NCBI GenBank assembly: GCA_051362555.1
Contig: CM120641.1
Location: 45,700,401 to 45,764,400 of the forward strand
Reading direction: 5' to 3'
Source: Lingula anatina
Lineage: Eukaryota; Animalia; Brachiopoda
Length of the DNA: 64,000 nucleotides
The notes under the pieces are model-generated. The model saw nothing but the letters and a program-made list of their open reading frames with translations. It did not search any database and was not told the DNA's origin. The position numbers and the translations under genes are program-made. This document shows positions 39,138-50,300 of this stretch, one piece after another; positions within the stretch are counted from its first letter, which is position 1; each line of letters opens with the position of its first letter.

Positions 39138-39912
39138 ACTAACCTGTTTGTCAGCCACGTTATAATTTTTAGATTATGACACATAAAACAAATGGGACCG
39201 AGCCCGGATCAAACCCACATCCCGACATTGTTTTAAATTAATTTTTTAAGATAAATGAGGTTGACCTAATTCAACCAGGGTCAAACTAAAAAAAACTTTG
39301 TTTTTGCCGTAAGGCTTCCCCTCTCTCTCCCGATCATAGTATATATTTTTCTGAATGAATATCGCGCACTTGGAATCGGCTTCTTTCAGTATTGAGATTA
39401 CTTTGATCGCTGTGTCGAGACGTTTTCATTGAACACAACTGTTAATAAATCAAGTCTAGTCTAGTCTAATCGTATGTGCTCTACAATTTGATCAAGTAAC
39501 TTAAAATTGTTTCAACTTTTAAATATTGACAAAGCACGTCTTTGTAATCAACAAAAGGACAGTCGAATGACAGTTTCTATAAATGAAGATTATTTTACAT
39601 AATTTGACGAACTGATATGGGAAACAGATTTATTTAAGCTAAATGGGTAAAATAAGTACTCTCATAGGAAAAGCATGCTTGCTATGACAAATATACATGT
39701 AGACTGGTGTTGTGATAGTTAAAATCCTTATAGAAAGCACAGTTACAATTGTGATACTTTATCTACATTAACTTACATATATTATTATTTTTATTAAGAA
39801 TCAATTTTAATTTTCCATTTCTGGTTGATGTGCATATATAAAAAAGATTGTTTTATAATAGGATATGACAAAAATAAGATAATCTTATAATAATAATAAT
39901 AATAATAATAAT

Positions 39913-39948
<36 letters not shown>

Positions 39949-40172
39949 AATCTTTTTTGTTTTAGTCACTACCACACGCATTTGAGCATACAGGTTATAA
40001 TATTTATTATCAATGAATTTCAAAATGTATTTGGGTTGAAAGGTACCTGCAATTTCATGAATATAATTATTTTATGCTGTAAAACATACAATATACAGTA
40101 AAACCGCAATCCCAATAACGGTTTTTCAATAGATTTTCTCATTTCGAACATTTTGATGTCTTGAGCATTTTA

Positions 40173-40206
<34 letters not shown>

Positions 40207-40267
40207 GGGGGGGTCATTCAGACCTGACACTCGTCGTCAGTATAGATTTTTCGTTGCGGTACTTTAA

Positions 40268-40598
40268 GGGTTAACAACTCTTCGTAAGAGATCTATATTT
40301 CACAATTAATACATTGTAAACAACACACATATTATATTATTTTTTACCACAAAAACGGCAGTTATAGCAATTAATCTGAAATCTGTGCTTGCCATCCGAC
40401 CACGTGACCTCCATAGATGGCAATACTTTGCAATAAACTCTTAAGAGATTATAACAAAAAAAATAACTTTTTAGAAAAAAAAAACAAGGACTAATTTTGA
40501 ATGTAGAAATGGATTCATTAACCATTGGTAAGTATGGGAAAATGACATTTACCCCAGGAAAATTCATTTTTTGGCCAAAATGAACAGTTGTTATCCCT
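40268..40598. mobile_element. Kolobok-like MITE (TTAA target)
   Basis: TTAA|GGGTTAACAACT ... AGTTGTTATCCCT|TTAA. Confidence 0.5.
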
Positions 40599-40991
40599 TT
40601 AATTCGTAGCTTGAGTCGGTAATATGGTCACAAATCTGAGAGTCAAGTTAGAAAACACCTGATTCGATGATAATTAAGGCATGACACATACAATCAACAA
40701 AACCTTTCCAATATAACTTTGACACCAGAAAGCAAATCAAATCAGAAAAACTAATCGAAAAACACTATCTGACACGCTTTGTCAGTGTTCAAATATTTGT
40801 TTCAAAAAGCAGGATTTTTGCGCAAGTGCAGACATTTGACATCTGTCTAGTGACCTCAAGTTGCCGAGATCTACTGCAATTTTGAGTGTTGCTCTGTAGT
40901 ATTGATTCCACTTACAGTCCTTAAACAGCCTAGACTAACGAAAGTCACCAGAAGTCTGCCATTTTAACAGGTTTTAGCAGACACACTCAGC

Positions 40992-43085
40992 ATGGATTTC
41001 TTCTTTCTACCGTCTTGGCTAGTGGTCGTGTTGGTGGTAGCCGTTCTGACCATTATTTACTTACACTACAGCTGGGACAACAGGCGCAAGATTGGCCTCC
41101 CAGGACCAACCCCTTTACCCCTGCTGGGACATTTGGTAGACATGATGAAGTATGGCCTTTGCGATTACGATCTACATGTCACTCAGACGTATGGCAAAGT
41201 AGCTGCACTCTCTCCAGATTGTTTTGGAAGCATTCTAGGGGACATCATGATCACCGACCCGGATATGTTAAAGGAGGTGATGGTAAAACAAGCAAGCATC
41301 TTCACGGATCGAAATACAGACTCAGAAACTCAGATGGCGCCAATGGACAGGGCGATTTTTGCAATGAGGGGTGAAGAATGGAAACAAGTACACATATAAT
41401 GGATAATATTGAAAGCATTTTCCTTAATCGTCTTTTTTTATTTAGGCACTTTTCACATCATGCTGTGTACTCTACGCTATTGCAACACTAATAGTGATGA
41501 TCATAACGTAATTTCGGTACGGGGTGATGCTCTCTTCTAAGAACTTACTATTTGGGACAATAAAAGATAAACCCTCTTAAATGGCCGAAACGCGGCCGGG
41601 GGCTTCGTTTAGGTGATTTTTAAACGTAACTGCAAGGCTGTTAAGTTGATCCTCTCTCAAAGCCTTCCCAGCAAACACGTCACGTTCGGATCACGTGGCT
41701 AGAACGTTGCTACCACATTATAACGACATAGCAACGTACTAGCCACGTGAACCGAACGTGACGCTTTTGCTGGGTTTCCATACAGGTAAGGCCAATGCAC
41801 GATGTGATTAAGAAGTAATTGGCCGCAGCTACGCCTCCCACCCCAACTCTCATATACATGCTACAGAATACCGAATTCTAATATGATGTCCTTATAGATA
41901 ACAGCAATCTAACTGAACAACACTGCTAATTTTATCGTTCTAGATGCGAAGCGCGATGACCCCAGCGTTCAGTTCCGGGAAACTGCGACACATAGAGGCA
42001 ATGATTCTTAAGTGCGCCAACACCCTGATCCAAAACTTGAAGAAAAAAGCTAAAGCTGGAGAAAGTTTTGACAACTCAGTCTGGGGCTGCTTTACAATGG
42101 ACGTTTTATGTGCTACATTGTTTGGAATCGAAATTGACTCCTTGAACAATCCTAATCACCCGTTTGTGGAAAATGCTGAAATTGCCAATAGTAACGATTT
42201 ATCAAATCCATTTATGTTCATCCTGATCCTTTTACCGCGTATGGTGAAAAAACTGGAACGCATACTTCCTGGATTTCGAGGAATATGGAGTTCATTCTAT
42301 TTTTTGCACAGACGACAAAAGATCTACTAAAAGAAAGAGCGCAAGCCAAAGAAGGGGACTACAACGATTTTCTGCAGTTGTTGCTATCCGCTCATACTAT
42401 GTCAACATCCGAGATCGGTGATGACGAAAAGGAGGTTCAAAAATGGAAGAAAAAAGCACTGACGACAGAGGAAATTGCAGGCAACGGCTTGATATTCTTT
42501 ATTGCAGGCTATGGGGCTGCAAATGATACCTTAGGGTTTACAGCATATCTCATCGCAGCGCACCCTGAGGTCCAGCAACGACTCTCTGACGAAATCGACG
42601 ATGTTCTTCAAGGTGCCGAACCGACCTACGACAACGTGTCCAAGCTGAAGTATCTGGAGCAGGTCTTAAACGAGTCGATGCGACTGTATCCCGTTGGCAT
42701 TCGTGTGGATCGAGTGGCAAACCAAGACACCACTGTGAATTGGTTATTCATACCCAAGGGGACGGCCGTGGCAATTCCGATCTACGCCATCCACAGGGAC
42801 CCTAACATTTATCCAGACCCCGAGAAATTCGACCCTGAACGATTTACCGCGGAAGCCAAAGCGAATCGCAACCCTTTCTGCTACCTGCCATTTGGTATGG
42901 GGCCCCGCAGCTGTATTGGTATGCGCCTGGTCAAGTACGAGATGAAGATTATCCTATCAAAGGTCCTGCAGAACTTCACGCTGAAGACATGCGCGGAGAC
43001 ACAAATCCCACTGGTTCTGTCTAACTCAAGACCAGTCAAACCGGAAAAGCCAATAATTTTGCAAGTTGAAGAGAGAAGTATGTAA
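40992..43085 (+). pseudogene. Cytochrome P450 clan 3 copy 4, frameshifted in exon 2 (pseudogene or homopolymer assembly error)
   Basis: Exon 1 40992-41387 is intact. Exon 2 41944-43085 is split into ORFs 41944..42330 and 42285..43085. Relative to copy 3 there is a 9-nt in-frame deletion near 42268 and a 1-nt loss at ~42298-42305 next to a T6 run. Confidence 0.75.
41667..41774. mobile_element. 108-bp CACTA/EnSpm-type MITE in the CYP copy 4 intron
   Basis: CCCAGCAAA...TTTGCTGGG palindrome with a 2-bp TT TSD. The empty site is visible in the copy 3 intron (~37825-37850). Confidence 0.85.
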
Positions 43086-44318
43086 ACTGACCTGTTTGTC
43101 AGCCATGTTATCACTTTTAGATTATGATACATAAAACATATGGAACTAAGCCCCGATTATCCTCAACTTTTTTTCAACAACAACATACTTAAGCCAAACA
43201 AGCAGGGTTTAATGGGCCCCGTCACTGCTTTCAGTTAAACGGCCAAGGTCACAAAAGAGAAGCCGTCAATTTGACTGCTTCTATTGGCTGGCCACCTCAC
43301 CACATTAATAGGTGTCAATGTTCAAATCACGGCATATTGGCAAGGAATATGAAGTTAACGGACCCAAAAGTGACCACTTTGGGGCATTTGTAGTTCATAA
43401 CATTCCCGATATTTTACGCTTGCAAAATGGAATAGCATGCTCATTTCTAAATGGATTTTCCGGTCAGACCTTATGGACTAATATATTTTTTTCTGGTTGA
43501 ATACCCCTCACTTTAAATCAGCTTTCTACGCGCCTATAATACAATATTTTTCATCACTGGAATTAATTTCATCGTTTTCATTGAACACAATTGTTAATAA
43601 ATCAACTACAACTGTCTAGCTTAATCGTATATGCACTTATTTTTGATCATGTAAGTTTACATTGTTTCAACTTTTTAATATTGACAAAACACTTCTTTGT
43701 CATCAATAAAGGGACCATTGGAATGACAGTTCCTGTAAATGAAGGTTATTTTACAGAATTTGACGAACATTTTTGTGAAAGTTGGTGAGATTAAATTGAT
43801 TCAGTGAATACTATCACAATGAAAACCATTCTTGCAATGACAAATATACATGTAGACCGGTGTTTTGATAGTCAAATTCAGTCTGGTTGCTTTGACTTAA
43901 TTTGCTTTCAAGTGTCAAAGTTATATTGGAAATGTTTTGTTGATAGTATGTATCAGGCCTTAATTATCATCGAATCAGGTGTTTGCTAACTCGACTCTCA
44001 GATCAGCCACGAATTAAGTAACAAATTAACGAAAAATTACTTTACACAAACCTTACGTTTTATTACACACACCGATATCCGCTTATCTGCCCTATCGGTA
44101 CGTTTCGTATGGGCCGAAAATTGTCAAGAACGCGTTGCTGCCGTATAAAAAGAATCCCTGGGGACCTATGTCTACAGCCAGAGACCAGGAAGGAAACTGG
44201 CCAAGTTGTTTCAATGCTGATTTCATATGATCTAATTCAAATGATGACACTGAAAGCAAATTAAGTCAAATCAACCAGACGGGAAATACTGGCACTCCTT
44301 GTTTATGTTCGTCAATTT

Positions 44319-44877
44319 CAGGCCTACCCAAATACCAGACTCGGCACCTAGGGATCCTGAATTAACCGGTACATCGGACCACGCTACCCGTTTTCAAGGT
44401 GTGTGTCAGATCGCATTTCGGAGTATCATACCCCAAAATAAATTTTGTAGCACGACTGCGGGCTCATCCACGCTCGGCTGAACAACCTGAAACTGTACTC
44501 TTACTTTAGAGTACTCTATTTTATTGTTTCTATGGGGGTATATGGGGACTTTACGACATTCGGTTTGAATGTTTTAACCACTTTTGATAGGGCTTTTTTG
44601 CATTGTATTAGATTAATGTGGCAGTCTTATGGTTCATCTAGGTGGCTTTCAAATTTATGCGCCCGGTTTTAAAATCATATAGCGATTTTACGACAATCGT
44701 TTACTATCCAATCAAAGTGACAGCCGAGCATGCCAGGGCTCATCCTGTCGGTGTTCTGGCTGATAGGGCCTACTCCGAAATGCGATCTGACACACACCTT
44801 GAAAACGGGTAGTGTGGTCCGATATACCGGTTAATTCAGGATCCTTAGGTGCCGAGGCTGGTAGTTGGGTAGGCCTG
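44319..44877. mobile_element. 559-bp MITE with ~108-bp TIRs and a 5-bp TSD, upstream of CYP copy 5
   Basis: 44319-44426 is an inverted copy of 44771-44877 (CAGGCCTACCCAA...). AATTT is present on both sides. Confidence 0.88.
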
Positions 44878-45066
44878 AATTTGTTGGTTTCAAAAGGCCC
44901 ACTTTCGCGCATGTGCAAACGTTTGACACCTGTTTTGGTAACCTCAAAAAGCCTATATTTACTGCTATTTTGAGTGCTGCTCTGTAGTATTGATATCACG
45001 TACTAAGCCCAGACTCACAATAGTCACCAGTAGTCGGCCATTTTAACAGGTTTTAGCCGCCACATC

Positions 45067-47363
45067 ATGGATTTCTTCTTCCTACCGCCTTGGCTAGTCG
45101 TAGTGTTGGTTGTAGCTGTTCTGACCATCATTTACCTACACTATAGCAGGGACAACAGGCGCAAGTTTGGCCTCCCAGGACCAACCCCTTTACCCCTGCT
45201 GGGACACATGGTGGACTTGATGAAAAACGGTGTTAGTGAATTCGACCGAAATGTCACACAGTCATATGGCAAAGTTACCGCGCTTTCATCCGGTATTTTT
45301 GGGAACATTTTGGGCGAAATTATGATCACAGACCCGGACATGTTAAAGGAGGTGATGGTAAAACAAGCAAGCATCTTCACGGATCGAAATCTAAACTCGG
45401 ATACGCAAATGAAGCCGTTTGATAAGTCGGTCTTTGCTGTCAAGGGTGAAGAATGGAAACAGGTACACATGTAATGAATAATACTAAAAGTGTATTACTC
45501 ACTCATTACATTTTGTTTAAAGCCGTTTTCACATCTTACGTTTCACTTTTCCATATCGATTTATATCGTAACCGTAATATAAAAGAAATTAGCAGTCTAT
45601 ATATATTATCTTCCGTTATAAATCTTCAACCACCCTTCCTCATTCGTCCTCATTGATGGTGAAAACACCCGACATAGGCTATCCTGTTCCGGGGTCACAA
45701 ATTGATTTGTCACGCTTTTCACTGGATGTTCACAGATACGTCTCTGGCTAATTCAAGATATAAGAAGTGTATGAAATATTTTGATAATGCTGACAACATT
45801 TTGTCTCCCTCTGGGTTTGCGAACGGATACGGACTTTTGGCTGCGTACTCAAGACTTAAAACAGCTGAACGTTTTGCATTTGTGTCGGTAATGTTCCCTC
45901 TACCAGGGTGAGTGATAGATTTTTTACAGATATTCACAGATATGTCTCTAGCTATATAGATGGTCATTTTCAGCTAAACCCAGTTCAGCTGTAAATGACT
46001 ATCTATCTAGCTAGAGACATATCTGTGAATATCTGTAAAAAAAATCTATCACTCGCCCTGGTAGAGGGTATTGGTAATGTATGTTCCTTTTTGAGGTTAA
46101 ATGACGAATTGTTTTTTCTTTATTATTCATAGTTCCATGAGAGTGAAATTTTGATACAAACTTCTTTATGAGGAACCCTAAAATAATCAAATGTCATTTT
46201 TCGCTTTCCAGATGCGAAGCACGTTGACTCCAGCCTTCAGCTCCGGGAGGCTCCGACACAAAGAGGGCATCATCCTTAAGTGCGCCAACACCTTGGTAGA
46301 GAACTTGAAGAAGAAAGCTAAAGCTGGAGAAAGTTTTGACAACAAAATCTGGGGGCGCTTCACGATGGACGTGATATGTGCTACAGCGTTTGGAATCGAG
46401 GTTGATTCATTGAACAATCCTAACCACCCGTTTGTGAAAAATGCTGAAATTGCTACTCATTTCAGTATTACGGATCCATTTATATTCCTCATCTTGTTTT
46501 TCCCACGTTTGATGAAAAAACTGGAACCCATACTCCGGCATGTGCCTGGATTTCGTGGGTTATTGGGGTCATTCCGATATTTTGGAGAAGCTACTAAAGA
46601 CATATTGGAAAAAAGATCACAAGCTCCAGAAGGCCACTACAACGATTTTATGCAGTTGATGCTCACTGCTCACACCTTGTCGACCTCGGAGCTGAGTGAT
46701 GACGAAAAGGAAGTTCAAAAATGGAAGAAAAAAGCCCTGACGACGGAAGAAATTGCAGGCAACGGGCTGCTATTCTTTATTGCAGGCTATGGGACTGCAA
46801 ATGACACCTTAGGGTATACATCGTATCTCCTAGCGACCCACCCAGAGGTGCAGCAACGACTCTTAGAGGAGATAGATGATGTTCTTCAAGGTGCCGAACC
46901 CACATATGACAACGTGTCCAAGCTTACGTATCTGGAGCAGGTCATAAACGAGTCAATGCGACTGTATCCCGTTGGCCTTCGTCAAGACCGTGTGCCCACC
47001 CGAGACACCACTGTAAACGGCCTTTTCATTCCCAAAGGAACAGTCGTTATAATCCCGATCTATGCTATTCATATGGATCCTGAAAAGTATCCAGACCCTG
47101 AGAAATTCGATCCGGAACGATTCACACCAGAAGCTAAAGCAAAACTCAACCCTTATTGCTACCTGCCGTTTGGTATGGGGCCCCGCAGCTGTATCGGTAT
47201 GCGCCTGGCCTTGCTCGAGATGAAGATTATCCTTGTGAAGGTCCTGCAGAACTTCACGTTGAAGACATGCGCGGAGACACAGATTCCTCTGGTTCTCTCT
47301 AAATCAGATGCGATGAGACCCGAAAAACCAATCATGTTGAAAGTTGAGGAGAGAAATATGTAA
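45067..47363 (+). CDS. Cytochrome P450, clan 3 (CYP3-like), copy 5, ~515 aa
   Basis: Exons 45067-45462 and 46212-47363, with ESMR, PERF and PFGMGPRSCIG. Confidence 0.93.
45896..46068. mobile_element. Near-perfect palindromic MITE in the CYP copy 5 intron
   Basis: CCCTCTACCAGGG...CCCTGGTAGAGGG with ~80-bp arms. A related arm lies at ~57552-57602. Confidence 0.75.
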
Positions 47364-50300
47364 ACTAAATACTTATATTTTTAGTATCTTAATAATATCA
47401 CGTTTTGTTATCAACATTTTTATTTCCCGAAATTGTGTACAAGTGTTTACTTTGATATCATGTTTCTGAATTAATTTACCGCCAGTATATATGTTCTATT
47501 CTTACATGTATATATTTCTGACTGAGAGATCTAGGGTTTCTTAAGATAGCACGGACAATCCAGCTATTGGTCGGTGCGACTGACCAAATTATCTCTGATG
47601 ACAATACAAAGGTATAAAATACATATTCTCCATATATAATCGGACTTATTTACAGAAAGAAGCACATAAATCATTAAGTGATTCCTTCAGCAAGCGATTT
47701 TGATCCCTATTAAGAATATTTACTACAAATCTTTACCACAATAAAACTGAAGCTGATTGTAACTTTAACTATGCGAAGGAGTCGTAAATAAAGTCACTCG
47801 ATTTTTTTTACAACTGAAAGCATCCTTAAAACTTGGTTACGGTTCTTTCTAATGATTAAAATATATTGACAGATTCATTATAATATCATTATAACTGAGA
47901 CATCCAAACAATCTTTACCGAACATTGAAATAATTTGATTCAAAATAGGAAGTTTCGCAAAAGTGATTTAGCCATATATGAAATCACTATGACTCCCATA
48001 TTGAAAAATTTTGAGAGAGACTATTATCCGTATCTATACGCCTACGCTTCGTTGCCCTCCCTCTTCGGACTTTTTTACCGGGTAAATGGCGATTCGAAAT
48101 AGGCTTTTGTTTACTGGTATTATGTTTATACATGTAGGCCGCATTTTTATTATGGAGAGTAACGATGCGAGTAATAACTGCGGGGTGTAGCGGAAGTAGG
48201 AGTAACGTTGCGGGGACCTAGATGCCGCACTATTATGTTGTAAACGGATTTTGGTGATTTATTTTAGAAACTCGGGAGGGAACAAGTAACAAACGATTAC
48301 ATTTTGGCAGTGATTTATTTATTGTTCAATTATTTGATAAATAAATTGTCTGTTAATAGCAAAATTAAGGATGCATTTTGGTGAAATTTTCAGCATAGGT
48401 GAGAAATGGGTCTGATTTTGGAAACTAATTAAATAATCAATTTAAACTAGTAAGAACTGAGCTTATTATTTCATAATATTTTATTATTTGAGCTGCCTTA
48501 ATTATGCACCGATTCTCAATATTCAGGTCCATTTAACATTTTTATTTTATTAAAAGTAAGATGGCGGAAGACACTGTGTAGAATTGTTTGTCCAAATGGA
48601 ACTTTAAATACATACATCAGTTTAGCATTTTAAATTACTGAAAAAAATGTTATGAAACAAACAAAAAAATTAATAATAATAATTATAACCGACTTAATTT
48701 TAAACCGTCGTTACTGTCGCTCGCAGCACCATTGCATATTGTCCATTCGATCTAGTTTACTTTAACTAAAGTAGAAAATTTGCAATTTTCAGGAAGTTTT
48801 CCTGTACTCGCCTGAATTTTAAAAATTGAAGAAAAAAATTGAAGTTTTTATTTGGTAGCAAAATCGATCCCACACCTAATTGAACTGAAGTCAAGGCAGG
48901 GAATTATATCCGATATAATTCCCTAGTCAAGGTTATGTGTACCAAACGAGTGCAGTGTCATAAATCAAATCCATTTCCTCAATCTCATTATGTCTTCATT
49001 GACATCTGAATAAAGCTGTCGTGGACCATCGTATTTATAAGCAAAGTTTGGTGTTGGTATTGGAGCTTTCTATTCGATTGGGGTAAAGCTTAAATTAAAA
49101 TAACGAAATACATAAAAAATTTAATAAATTGATTATGTTGAGAAAAAGGTTTAACAAATACTACAGTACTGAAGACTACAGTACTTAAATGTCAACAGGT
49201 GAAGATAAAATAACAGAACTACTGTTGACAATTTACAGTGTTTTATATCCCCTAGCGTGATATATAGTTGGTGAGTGAAAGCCACAATAAGCCGGAAACT
49301 TATCCTGAATGAGGTGAATCACCTATGCAGAATAGCAAGCCCATAAACAGTACCAAGGTCACGGATAAATTTGGCCAAATGCCACTTTATTAATGTAAGG
49401 CTTAACTATAAAGATTGCATTTTAAAATTGCATATCTGTAGGAGACCTAGACCATCGTCGTTCAATTCATGTGCCTCTTGCTGCATTAGATGCATTCATT
49501 GTCTTTGGTGCAGATTGCAGTGCAGTCGCAGCCAACACTGGAAACAAATATGGCGAAGTTAGGAATGATTGAATAAATCAGTGATAAATGGCTAAGCCAA
49601 TAAAGTCTTACCTTAAAAGTCATGTAAATTGCTCAATTAGTAATAATTGACTAAGTTAGTGATAAACGGGTAATTCGGTGATAAACGGCTAAGTCAGTAA
49701 TAATTGGCTACTCTTACATGCACTCGTATCCCGTTGCACAAGTAAAGATCCTCTCGTCACATGGACTTATGATGTTATAGCACTGAGGTCTTCGTATTTC
49801 CTCTGTAAACATTTGTAAACATTTCTGTAGAAGTTGTATGAAATCAGCTGTACTAAATATCCACGCCAGAGTACGCAACCGATGTGACTTGAAACCGACA
49901 ATGATTTGATTTTAAATTGTTTCATTTTTACTTAAATTTTCGCTTCTAATAACCCAGATACTTGCAGAATGGATATTTCTGTATGAATTTTTTTATCTTT
50001 ACTTACAGATATTCAACGTTAGGCAACAAAATCAAGAAAGAACATGAAAAACCTTACTTAGATTCCCATTTTTGCAGACCAAACAGGCCACTTTATCAGG
50101 TTTAGCTGCTGCCAGGGACATAAGACAAGTCACAAGAACCAAAACGGCAAGAGAGCGCATCCTGCTCGGCGTCTATACAATCACGATTTCCACGTCAATA
50201 TGAGTGGTGTATGCTAATAACTTCGTCGTTATTTATTCCAAAAGCTGCGGGAGCCCACCCTGAGAGTAATAGGCTCATTCACCCAATAAATAGTGAGAAA

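Noticed and set aside
28157-40856. RGGTCA nuclear-receptor half-sites within ~150 bp of the ATG of CYP copies 1-4 (28157, 32160, 36773, 40851)
   Set aside because: They are single hexamers without consistent spacing, orientation or partner half-site, too weak to call response elements.
21700-47363. STOML1 (SCP2 sterol-binding) + CYP array + GLUT as a biosynthetic gene cluster
   Set aside because: STOML1, GLUT and PSMC4 are conserved housekeeping-type genes in a different CpG domain, and no scaffold-forming enzyme (synthase, cyclase, PKS) is present. Adjacency alone is not evidence.
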